In this document: one piece after another, positions 46,946 to 54,999 of the stretch | Layout: every line of letters starts with the position of its first letter | Numbering within the stretch: position 1 is the stretch's first letter | NCBI GenBank assembly: GCA_022562055.1 | Contig: JADFQA010000011.1 | Coordinates: 11,273-75,272, forward strand | Reading direction: 5' to 3' | Source of the DNA: Acidobacteriota bacterium | Lineage (GTDB): Bacteria > Actinomycetota > Acidimicrobiia > Spongiisociales > UBA5794 | Length of the DNA: 64,000 nucleotides | Made by a program: the position numbers and the translations under genes | Notes under the pieces: generated by a model | The model's database searches: none | What the model was told of the DNA's origin: nothing | The model's input: the letters and a program-made list of their open reading frames with translations, nothing else

Positions 46946-47700
46946 AGTTCATCAAAATGCAGGGGCTTGGCAACGACTTTGTGGTCATTGTCGGACCGAT
47001 GGAACCTTCGAGTTCCTTGATCAATGCGATCTGCGATCGGCGAAAGGGGGTCGGGGCCGACGGTGTCATCGTCGCAACCCAGCGCGGCGATGCGGTTCAG
47101 ATGGAGTATTGGAATGCCAATGGGACGCCGGCTGAGATGTGCGCAAACGGCCTGCGGTGTGTTGCACAACTCGCCATGCGCAGCGGATGGGTAGATCCGG
47201 GGGGTTTTACGGTGCATACGGAATCGGGTATGCACTCAGCCCTGCGGGTCGGCGACTACCTCGTGAGAGCGTTTGTCGGCGAGGCGCACACGTTGGATCG
47301 TGACGTGGCGTCGTGCGGTGCGGACCTGCACACCGTGACGGTCGGAAATCCGCATGCGGTGACGTTTGTCGAAGACCTGGCGAACGCTCCGGTGGAACTA
47401 CTTGGGTCTGACATCGAAGTGGACCCGCAATTCGCCAACGGCACAAACGTTGAGTTCGCATTGATTCGGTCGCGGAATCACATTGATCTTCGGGTATGGG
47501 AACGGGGAGTAGGCGAAACAAACGCATGCGGCACGGGTGCTGCCGCGACCGTGTTTGCGGCGCACGAACGTGGTCACGTAGACACGACAGTCACCGTCAC
47601 GCTACCTGGCGGAGACCTCCTCATTGAACTGACCGGAGAGGGTGTCTGGATGGAGGGGCCGGCTGAGTTCGTGTTCTCCGGCGAGTGGCCCGCGACCTAG
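46942..47700 (+). CDS. dapF: diaminopimelate epimerase
   Basis: GTG start overlapping miaA stop (GTGA); VKFIKMQGLGNDF, catalytic Cys motifs (NANGTPAEMCANGLRC, ACGTGAAA). Confidence 0.85.
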   Translation: MKFIKMQGLGNDFVVIVGPMEPSSSLINAICDRRKGVGADGVIVATQRGDAVQMEYWNANGTPAEMCANGLRCVAQLAMRSGWVDPGGFTVHTESGMHSALRVGDYLVRAFVGEAHTLDRDVASCGADLHTVTVGNPHAVTFVEDLANAPVELLGSDIEVDPQFANGTNVEFALIRSRNHIDLRVWERGVGETNACGTGAAATVFAAHERGHVDTTVTVTLPGGDLLIELTGEGVWMEGPAEFVFSGEWPAT

Positions 47701-47733
47701 AACCCTCTGGTCCGATTCCCGCCAACGACATTT

Positions 47734-47769
47734 GGATTTAGACCACCCGGCTGGATTTAGACCACCCGG
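47734..47769. repeat. 19-bp tandem direct repeat (ggatttagaccacccgg x2) spanning the lexA stop codon
   Basis: copies at 47734..47750 and 47753..47769; each copy carries the TAA (as tta on + strand) so the lexA stop is duplicated. Confidence 0.8.
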
Positions 47770-48389
47770 CGGAGCACCGCGGTTACGACCCCCAGAATCT
47801 CCACACCCTCGGTGAACACCATGGGCGCATAATCGCGGTTTTCCGCGATGAGTGTCACGCGCCCGTCCTTGAGCTGGAAGCGTTTGACTGTAGCTTCTTC
47901 TCCATCGATGAGAGCCGCTACCAACTGGCCGTTTCGGGCGGTGGACTGCTTTTTGACTACAACAAAGTCGTCATCGAAAATACCGACATCGATCATCGAG
48001 TCGCCACGCACTTTCAGCATGAAGACCGGGTCGTTGCCGACAAGGTCCACCGGTAACGGATAGATTTCTTCGATGTCCTCCTCTGCGAGCATCGGCGATC
48101 CTGCCGCGATTCTGCCGACGAGAGGTACGTCGCGTACCGGCGCACGGTGAAGTGATGGTTCCACATGTCCAGGGTCGAGAACTTCGATAGCGCGCGGCTT
48201 TGTCGGGTCGCGACGCAGGTAGCCGTAGTTCACAAGAGCGTTCAGATGCGAATGCACCGTCGAGGGCGAACTGAGTCCAACAGCCTCGCCGATTTCACGA
48301 ACTGCCGGGGGATACCCACGCTCGTTCACGCTCTCACGGATGTAGCTGAGAATCTGCTGTTGTCGATCAGTGAGTTGCTTGCGCTCCAT
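47757..48389 (-). CDS. lexA: LexA repressor
   Basis: start at MERKQLTDRQQQIL (codon 58 of ORF); HTH EIGEAVGLSSPSTVHSHLNAL; S24 autopeptidase domain (VGRIAAGSP ... GDSM ... VVKKQ). Confidence 0.9.
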   Translation of the reverse strand: MERKQLTDRQQQILSYIRESVNERGYPPAVREIGEAVGLSSPSTVHSHLNALVNYGYLRRDPTKPRAIEVLDPGHVEPSLHRAPVRDVPLVGRIAAGSPMLAEEDIEEIYPLPVDLVGNDPVFMLKVRGDSMIDVGIFDDDFVVVKKQSTARNGQLVAALIDGEEATVKRFQLKDGRVTLIAENRDYAPMVFTEGVEILGVVTAVLRRVV

Positions 48390-48465
48390 ATGGGGTCCCT
48401 TCAGCTGCTTTTGGAAACAGTAGCGCGAACGCGGCGTGAAACCAAACATATGTTCGACTTGACAT

Positions 48466-48513
48466 GCGAACAAATGTTCGATACCTTTGTTCTCGTAGCG
48501 AACACGTGTTCGA
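48466..48513. promoter_or_regulatory. two LexA/SOS boxes (GCGAAC-AAAT-GTTCGA 48466..48481; GCGAAC-ACGT-GTTCGA 48498..48513) in the divergent lexA / LysM-protein control region
   Basis: read directly, each 11/12 to TCGAAC-N4-GTTCGA. Confidence 0.75.
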
Positions 48514-48651
48514 GACACGGGGTGTGTCGGCGTTATCTGAGGGGATCGCGTTCTTGTCACACCCGTTCAATACATTGAGCAATGTTGGGACCTACACCAG
48601 CACACACACCACCGGAACTCCGGTACCAAGCGAGCAAGGAGGCAGCATCAT

Positions 48652-48951
48652 ATGACACAGCAGTTGACGCTCCCAACACGGGCCATCGTCATCATTTCCA
48701 CAATCGCAGTGGCATTGATGCTCCTCCTCGCTTCGCAGGTGTATGCAGCCGACTCCGATGGCGGAGATGGTCAGGGCACGGTTGGGTTGGTCGAATACAC
48801 CGTGGTGAGTGGCGACACCCTGTGGGATATTGCAACGCAGCACACGACCGACGACGTCCGCGCCATGGTGCGCTCCATCTCGAAACGGAACGGATTGACA
48901 TCGTCAATCATCCGACCCGGTCAAGTATTGTTGATAGAGTCCCAGACGTAG
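48652..48951 (+). CDS. LysM-domain membrane protein (ChiZ/Rv2719c-like, SOS-induced cell-wall hydrolase/division inhibitor family)
   Basis: AAGGAGG RBS; TM helix then LysM YTVVSGDTLWDIATQH; conserved position between lexA and nrdR. Confidence 0.75.
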   Translation: MTQQLTLPTRAIVIISTIAVALMLLLASQVYAADSDGGDGQGTVGLVEYTVVSGDTLWDIATQHTTDDVRAMVRSISKRNGLTSSIIRPGQVLLIESQT

Positions 48952-48960
48952 TCAGATCGC

Positions 48961-49010
48961 TGCAGTTCTGCAGGCTGTAACTCTGCAGGCTGTAACTCTG
49001 CAGCAAACGA
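48961..49010. repeat. short tandem repeat ctgcaggctgtaact x2 (+ partial copies) with four CTGCAG palindromes, upstream of nrdR
   Basis: read directly. Confidence 0.7.
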
Positions 49011-49048
49011 ATCGGGGATCCATGCGGGCTGGTGTAGCCTTACCGTTC

Positions 49049-49501
49049 ATGCAATGCCCCCTCTGTCAGACCGAAGATACCCGCGTCATTGACAGCAGAC
49101 CAGCCGAAGGTGGAACCGCGATAAGACGCCGCCGATCGTGTCCGACGTGTGGCCACCGCTTCACGACATACGAGCGCGCTGCGGTGTTCAACGTGCTCAA
49201 GCGTGACGGCAGGATGGAGCCATTCGACGTCGAAAAAGTGCGCCGCGGTATCGCGTTTTGTCTAGCGGACCGAGCACCACAGCCCGGTTCGGTCGACGAG
49301 ATTGCAGCAACCATTGAGATGCGAGTTGTGCAAGGCGGAGGCGACGTCACGGCGGACGACATCGGCCGCATGGTGTTGGATGCGCTCAAGGACATCGACC
49401 ACGTCGCCTACCTACGGTTTGCTTCGGTGTACAAGGAGTTCCAAGGCGCCGAGGACTTCGAGCGCGAACTCGCTTCCTTAGACGTCAGCGACGAGGTCTA
49501 G
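49049..49501 (+). CDS. nrdR: transcriptional repressor NrdR
   Basis: MQCPLCQTEDTRVIDSR zinc ribbon + ATP-cone; 150 aa. Confidence 0.9.
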   Translation: MQCPLCQTEDTRVIDSRPAEGGTAIRRRRSCPTCGHRFTTYERAAVFNVLKRDGRMEPFDVEKVRRGIAFCLADRAPQPGSVDEIAATIEMRVVQGGGDVTADDIGRMVLDALKDIDHVAYLRFASVYKEFQGAEDFERELASLDVSDEV

Positions 49502-49544
49502 CGTCTTATCAGGCGCCGAGCGATGTCCGGCGCCACTCAGGCCG

Positions 49545-50372
49545 CTACCCAAGAGCGATTGCAATCGCACCTGCCGCGGCGATCACTACCGCGACGATTT
49601 GGCGCTGAGTGACACGCTCTCGCAGATAGCGATGTCCGATCACGACAGCCAGAACAGTTGAAGTTTCTCGGAGACCCGACACAAGGCCGAGCGGCTCGGT
49701 GCGCGCCGCGATCATGACGAGGAGGTACGCAGCGGTTGATGCCAGGCTCCCGACGAAGAGTCTGGAAGGTTGAGCGACGACGGTTCGTCGCATTGCACTC
49801 CAACCCCGAGACACGACAACGATTGGTGTCAACGCAATCGAGTTCATCGTGAACACGAGTGAGATGAATTGCACGGTGTCATTGTTGGCGCGAACACCGG
49901 CGCCGTCCACGACCGTGTAAGCGGCAATCAGGATCCCGGTAGCGACCGCCCATTTCGTGCCGTGCATATTTTGAGAACTGATGAGTACAACGAGGCCGAT
50001 CGTCACTAGGGCGATCCCTGCAACACCGACGATCGAAAGCGTGTCGCCGAGAAGCACGATGCCGCCAACGCTGATGAGAGTCGGAGCTATGCCGCGAGCG
50101 ATGGGGTAGGCGACCGCGAGATCCGCATGTTCATAGGCTTTGGCTAGAAACAGGTTGTATCCCACGTGGAGCGCGGTGGAGACTGCCACAAGTGTCCACA
50201 CCCGCATGTCGGGTAGGCCAACGAACACGAGAAGGCCGATGTTCACCAGCGCAGAGCCGGCGCCGATCGCCCAGGTCGTGATAAGCCGGTCGGCGCTGGC
50301 CTTGACTAGCCCGTTCCACAAAGCGTGAAGAATCGCGGCGCTAAGAACAAGGACCGTTGCGGTCGGAGACAT
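49545..50372 (-). CDS. EamA/DMT-family transporter
   Basis: 275 aa, ~10 TM helices, two EamA-like halves. Confidence 0.7.
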   Translation of the reverse strand: MSPTATVLVLSAAILHALWNGLVKASADRLITTWAIGAGSALVNIGLLVFVGLPDMRVWTLVAVSTALHVGYNLFLAKAYEHADLAVAYPIARGIAPTLISVGGIVLLGDTLSIVGVAGIALVTIGLVVLISSQNMHGTKWAVATGILIAAYTVVDGAGVRANNDTVQFISLVFTMNSIALTPIVVVSRGWSAMRRTVVAQPSRLFVGSLASTAAYLLVMIAARTEPLGLVSGLRETSTVLAVVIGHRYLRERVTQRQIVAVVIAAAGAIAIALG

Positions 50373-50482
50373 CGAGGAACCTTAGTGCTCACCCACGTCG
50401 TAGGATCGCCGTGGCGGGAGCCGCGGTCACCCGTTGACATCGGAGAATTCGTTCCGGTTGTGATAACTAGGCGTTTACCACC

Positions 50483-51577
50483 CTAGGCGTTTACCACCAA
50501 GGCGATCGCGTCGGCGGTTTCGAGGATCAGCGTGTCCAGCGTGACACGTAGTGTTGCTAGCGCCTCGGTGAGGGATACCGTGACCGACAGTTCGCCTTCG
50601 TGGATATCGTTTGCTGCGTTTGCCGCAGTTGCCACATCTGCGTTTCGGAGAGCATCGAGATAGGTCACCTGGAGGCCTGACAGAGCGTCGAGCCACGATC
50701 GCAGGTTATCTCGGTGGTCGGCGAACGCTGCATCGGTTGGCAGTCCATTCGCAACCGTTGTCGAGTCCGCTAGATACGAGGCGAGGCTCACGGACAACGT
50801 GTTGACAGCCGCTGCGTCGGCAACGACGGGGAGGTCGGGCAGTTTCCCGACCGACGAGAGTGACGCCCTGTAGTCAAGAGCGGTCTTCAGGCGATCAGCG
50901 AGGGCTGACGACGATGTTGCGATCACTCCGATTTCGGAACGCAGAGAGTCGAGATCGTCTATCGGTGCTGAGGGGACGAGGGGCCAGGGCTGTGGCAATG
51001 GGGCTACAGCAACGGCTCGAACGATACTGGCCCGGCCGTCGAATGAAGCAAGGGGCGCGTACACCGCCCCGAGGTCGGCGGCGGATGTTGCGCCACCTGT
51101 AATAACGTCGAGGGCGTTCTGGGCGGCAACCATCTCACCATGAAGTGCAACCAAGGCAGACGTGTACTCATCGTGAGTGGCATCGGCAGCTCGTGATGGC
51201 TGGAAGAACGCGTACACACCCCCTGTCGCGATGAAGCTGAGCAACACAATCCAAGTCAACACGACAGAGATACGGAATCGGCGATCAGTGTCTGTATTGT
51301 CGTCCGAAACATCAGGTGGCGGGGTTTCCGCCAACCACAACGCACCGGCTACTTCGTTGGTCGTGGCGTCATCGGCAGTTTGGACGGCCGTCAGCGGATC
51401 GATTACGACCGACACTCGGTCTGTTGAATCAGACTCCGCGACCAGCCTGTAGAACCAGTGGCCTTGTGTTGTGTTCTCTGTGGTATCGGTCACCCGTGTT
51501 GCCCCTGCGGTTTCCAGAAGTCCTATTGTTGCAAGCCATGAAGATACATGTTTTTCGGCTTGACACCGAGCTTCCAT
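50483..51577 (-). CDS. Ala-rich membrane-anchored protein, function unknown (start uncertain; listed start overlaps dut by 40 nt)
   Basis: single TM (ISVVLTWIVLLSFIATGGVYAFF) then Ala/Ser/Leu-rich domain; divergent from dut as in mycobacterial synteny; in-frame GTG at 51496 is a plausible real start. Confidence 0.5.
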   Translation of the reverse strand: MEARCQAEKHVSSWLATIGLLETAGATRVTDTTENTTQGHWFYRLVAESDSTDRVSVVIDPLTAVQTADDATTNEVAGALWLAETPPPDVSDDNTDTDRRFRISVVLTWIVLLSFIATGGVYAFFQPSRAADATHDEYTSALVALHGEMVAAQNALDVITGGATSAADLGAVYAPLASFDGRASIVRAVAVAPLPQPWPLVPSAPIDDLDSLRSEIGVIATSSSALADRLKTALDYRASLSSVGKLPDLPVVADAAAVNTLSVSLASYLADSTTVANGLPTDAAFADHRDNLRSWLDALSGLQVTYLDALRNADVATAANAANDIHEGELSVTVSLTEALATLRVTLDTLILETADAIALVVNA

Positions 51578-51966
51578 TGCCTAAGCACAGTCACCCCGGC
51601 GATGCGGGCGTGGACCTCCGTTCGGTGATCGATGCATCGCTGGCACCAGGAGACCGGATTCTCGTGCCGACGGGAGTCGCCTTCGAGATCCCAGCTGGGT
51701 ACTGCGGCCTCGTCCTCCCGCGCAGCGGTCTTGCTCTGAGGTCAGGCATCGGGATTGCGAACAGCCCCGGTCTCATTGATTCGGGGTACCGTGGCGAGCT
51801 GAAGGTGATGCTGATCAATCACGGTTCGGAACCTTTCGCTATCGTACGGGGCGATCGCATCGCCCAGTTAGTCATCACGCCGTTTGTAACCCAGGACATT
51901 GTTGAAATAAACGATCTGTCAGCTACTGCGCGAGGCGACGGCGGTTACGGGTCGACGGGAGCCTGA
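51538..51966 (+). CDS. dut: dUTP diphosphatase
   Basis: start MKIHVFRLDTELPLPKHSHPGDAGVDL; dUTPase motifs PRSGLALRSG, IDSGYRGEL, GDRIAQLVI, RGDGGYGSTG. Confidence 0.9.
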   Translation: MKIHVFRLDTELPLPKHSHPGDAGVDLRSVIDASLAPGDRILVPTGVAFEIPAGYCGLVLPRSGLALRSGIGIANSPGLIDSGYRGELKVMLINHGSEPFAIVRGDRIAQLVITPFVTQDIVEINDLSATARGDGGYGSTGA

Positions 51967-52010
51967 CAACAAGTCAGCCTCTCGGGGCACCGTGGTAAAC
52001 TGCCGGTCCT

Positions 52011-52083
52011 TGCGGACGTAGCTCAGTTGGTAGAGCGCAACCTTGCCAAGGTTGAGGTCGCCGGTTCGAACCCGGTCGTCCGC
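52011..52083 (+). tRNA. tRNA-Gly (GCC)
   Basis: cloverleaf folded by hand: acceptor GCGGACG/CGUCCGC, anticodon loop UUGCCAA, T-loop GGUUCGAAC; no encoded CCA. Confidence 0.9.
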
Positions 52084-52090
52084 TCGACGA

Positions 52091-52116
52091 ATGGATGGCT
52101 GGTGTCATCCGTTTTT
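52091..52116 (+). terminator. hairpin GGATGgctggtgtCATCC + TTTTTT between tRNA-Gly and tRNA-Cys
   Basis: read directly. Confidence 0.5.
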
Positions 52117-52187
52117 TGGCGACATGGCCGAGTGGCTAGGCAAGGGTCTGCAAAACCCTGTACCCGGGTTCGAATCCCGGTGTCGCC
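52117..52187 (+). tRNA. tRNA-Cys (GCA)
   Basis: acceptor GGCGACA/UGUCGCC, anticodon loop CUGCAAA, T-loop GGUUCGAAUCC. Confidence 0.85.
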
Positions 52188-52211
52188 TCCGCCGGTTATC
52201 ATTCCGGTAAG

Positions 52212-52283
52212 CGGGCGCTTAGCTCAGCGGGAGAGCGCTGCCCTGACACGGTAGAGGTCACTGGTTCGATCCCAGTAGTGCCC
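52212..52283 (+). tRNA. tRNA-Val (GAC)
   Basis: acceptor GGGCGCU/AGUGCCC, anticodon loop CUGACAC, T-loop GGUUCGAUCC. Confidence 0.9.
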
Positions 52284-52454
52284 ACAAACGGTCAGTTCGA
52301 TGGCTTTCGAGTTCTATTCGATCTCGAAACCCATTCACGTTCCGGGTTGTGTTTTCCAGTTTCTGCCTCGCTTATCGGTGAAGCCATGCGGGCGTCCGAC
52401 GCGGTGCTTTGCTTCCATATATTGTTTGTGTAGCTTGAGTGGAAGAGGCAAACA

Positions 52455-53615
52455 GTGCCTGATACACCTGAGAATGGCGAACCAGGCGATGTCGACGAAA
52501 CGGGCAGTACGACCTCCTCGCAGACGGAGTCATCATCTCACGACGACGTACTGCAGTCTGCATTCGACCAAACCGGGATGGACTCATGGAGTCGGTTGGA
52601 GGCAGCGCGGCTGCCCATCGTGCCCGGCGAAAAGACAGACGCGGAGAAGCGGGCCGAGCAAGATGCCAAGTTCGAGGACGCCATGCAACGAGACGCGGAC
52701 GCCGCGCGCTCAGACCTTCCGAAGTCGGTCGTTGACGAATTGACGCCCGTGGTCGTCTTAGGATCCGCGACCCCACCCGACCAGACGTCACCCGAAGGTC
52801 CGGATGAATCTGATGCCGGTGAAGGGTTCGAATTCCAACCAGTGGGAGATCAGGGCTACATACCGCAGCCGTGGTGGAGGCAGTCGAAACCACTGAAGTG
52901 GACTCTGTTCGGCACGGCCGCAGTGCTTATAGGGGTTGGCGCAGTGGTGATCACAAACGGCACTGAGGCGACAGACGGGACCCAAGCGCCCTCTGTTGTC
53001 GTCGAGCAGGACCAGGCCAACCCGGTAGATTCGTCAGGAGCGTCCGGATCCGTGGGCATCGATACGCCCGCTGAAGATTCCGTCGACGCCACTTCTGACG
53101 CTACCAAAACATCGAGTGCGGCTGGAACGACCACGGATTCCGTGACCGACCCTCTCGGTGATCAATACCAGAGTTTCGATGATCTTGACCCAATAGACCC
53201 ATCCAAGACTCGCGACGGCGTATCAGGGCAGGACGTTTTGGACAAGACCGACCTGATAGGGATGAGCGTGACCGTCAACAGCGCCGATGCCACAACCGAG
53301 ATCGCGTTGACCTTCAGCGGCGCAGCGCAGGAAGTCCAGAATGCGTCGGGTCAGTCGCTCACGGGCGACGTTCTGATCTATCAGTCCAGCGGTCGAGTCC
53401 TCAACGTGCTGATCCGCAATGACGGTTCCGTAAAGATCTCCGACATTCCTGGAGGAATGAGTATCAGCTCGCGGTGGCTGACCCTAGATGAGTTTGTGAT
53501 CGTGATCTTCGGGCTCTCTCTGGACCCGGCGACTCAAGTCGAGGCGTACGCGCTGATAGAAGCCTACGCGGGATTCATGACCGACCTAGTAACTCTGGTA
53601 ACGTCGACGCCGTGA
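52455..53615 (+). CDS. acidic low-complexity membrane-anchored protein, function unknown
   Basis: GTG start with GGAAGAGG RBS; D/E/T/S-rich N-terminal ~150 aa, one TM (WTLFGTAAVLIGVGAVVI), S/T/D-rich extracytoplasmic region. Confidence 0.5.
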   Translation: MPDTPENGEPGDVDETGSTTSSQTESSSHDDVLQSAFDQTGMDSWSRLEAARLPIVPGEKTDAEKRAEQDAKFEDAMQRDADAARSDLPKSVVDELTPVVVLGSATPPDQTSPEGPDESDAGEGFEFQPVGDQGYIPQPWWRQSKPLKWTLFGTAAVLIGVGAVVITNGTEATDGTQAPSVVVEQDQANPVDSSGASGSVGIDTPAEDSVDATSDATKTSSAAGTTTDSVTDPLGDQYQSFDDLDPIDPSKTRDGVSGQDVLDKTDLIGMSVTVNSADATTEIALTFSGAAQEVQNASGQSLTGDVLIYQSSGRVLNVLIRNDGSVKISDIPGGMSISSRWLTLDEFVIVIFGLSLDPATQVEAYALIEAYAGFMTDLVTLVTSTP

Positions 53616-53734
53616 GGGGTTTCTCTGCTGTGGGGCCAAGGCTCCTGTGGACCTTGGGCTGCTTAGAACGACGATGACGGCAACATGGGCGCCTATGACA
53701 GATTGCGTCTAACCTCTGCTTGAGTCCTTGACGA

Positions 53735-54625
53735 GTGGAGAATCGCCTGGTGGGCCGTGTTACTGCTGCGTTGGTGGCGGGTATCCTGGTATTGACGTCA
53801 TGTTCGAGCGCCGACAGCGGAACTGAAGTGGCCGACGCGTCGGCGACGCGATCCACCTCAGCGCCACCTGTGTCACAGGACATTCTCGACTTCATGCCCG
53901 GTTTTGGGGACCCTGGTGGCTGCGGACACGCACACAACGACTACCTGCATGATCGGCCATTGATCGGAGCCCTAGAAAGCGGCTTCTGCAGTGTGGAAGC
54001 CGATATTTGGGACCAACCTTCCGGGCTGCTGGTTGCACACGACCTTCGTGATGTCGACCCGGAAAGGACGCTGCAATCGCTGTACCTAGATCCCTTGCGG
54101 ACATGGGTCGCGGAGCGTGGTGAGGCCTACAACTCGGGGCCGCTCATCCTGCTGGTCGACATCAAGTCGGACGCTTCGAGCACATACGCCGCTCTTCATG
54201 AAGTATTGAAACAATACAGCGACATACTCACAGTGTTCGAGGATGGTGCAGTCGAGGTAGGCGCGGTCACCGTGGTCGTTTCGGGGGCCCGCGATAGGGC
54301 CGCAATGGAGACACAGAGTCCGCGTTATGCAGCGTTGGATGGGCGCCTAGGAGACGTTGGTAATGAAGTGCCCATCGATCTCATGCCCCTTATCAGCGCC
54401 AACTGGCAGTCTGAGTTCGGTTGGGTCGGCATCGGTGAGCTGCGCGACGAAGAACGCACCAAGCTTGAGTCGTTGGTTGCCGCTGTCCACGCAGAAGGTC
54501 GACTCCTTCGATTCTGGAACATTCCCGACGAGGCCGTCGGTTGGCGCGAGATGCTTGATGCCGGCGTCGATCTTGTGAACACCGATGCCATCAAAGACCT
54601 GGCGAGTCTCCTGGCGCAGCGGTAG
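53735..54625 (+). CDS. lipoprotein with PI-PLC-like / glycerophosphodiester-phosphodiesterase-like domain
   Basis: lipobox LTSCSS; CGHAHNDY His-pair motif and FCSVEADIW, LLVAHD blocks typical of PLC-like phosphodiesterase TIM barrels. Confidence 0.5.
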   Translation: MENRLVGRVTAALVAGILVLTSCSSADSGTEVADASATRSTSAPPVSQDILDFMPGFGDPGGCGHAHNDYLHDRPLIGALESGFCSVEADIWDQPSGLLVAHDLRDVDPERTLQSLYLDPLRTWVAERGEAYNSGPLILLVDIKSDASSTYAALHEVLKQYSDILTVFEDGAVEVGAVTVVVSGARDRAAMETQSPRYAALDGRLGDVGNEVPIDLMPLISANWQSEFGWVGIGELRDEERTKLESLVAAVHAEGRLLRFWNIPDEAVGWREMLDAGVDLVNTDAIKDLASLLAQR

Positions 54626-54687
54626 TTGAGGCGATAGCGCAGCACAAACCAATGGCGGTATCATGCGTTGCATGGTACTGTATCGGT

Positions 54688-54960
54688 ATGAGTGAACAAG
54701 AGTTGATGCAGGAACTGGGAGAGATCCTTGACGAACTCGGCGTACTGCCCAATGACGCGTTCTCCGAGAGGTGGGCGCTCAAGGGTCGGCAGGGAGAACT
54801 CCGTTCCGAACTTGCCAATCTGCAGGCGGATCGACTCGCGGAGCAAAAGCTCGAGTGGGACCAGCAGGCTGCGAAGAAGCCATCCAACGGGGCTCCCGAT
54901 TTTGTGAGTCCTATCTCGGGGAACGAGGGGTTGGCCGGGTCTGGCGGTTTCGGCTGCTGA
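54688..54960 (+). CDS. small hypothetical protein
   Basis: 90 aa from internal ATG (MSEQELMQELGEILDELG...), helical, Gly-rich tail. Confidence 0.35.
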   Translation: MSEQELMQELGEILDELGVLPNDAFSERWALKGRQGELRSELANLQADRLAEQKLEWDQQAAKKPSNGAPDFVSPISGNEGLAGSGGFGC

Positions 54961-54999
54961 CATCGGCGGCCTTGTGCGGCCAGTTGTGCTGCCAGCGAG

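Noticed and set aside
51538-51577. 40-nt overlap between divergent 5' ends of dut and the Ala-rich membrane protein gene
   Set aside because: Probably an over-extended ORF call for the minus-strand gene (an in-frame GTG at 51496 is available), not a genuine overlap.
52300-52743. 147-aa plus-strand ORF after tRNA-Val
   Set aside because: Arg/Cys/Pro-rich. Overlaps the start of the better-supported acidic protein gene in another frame.
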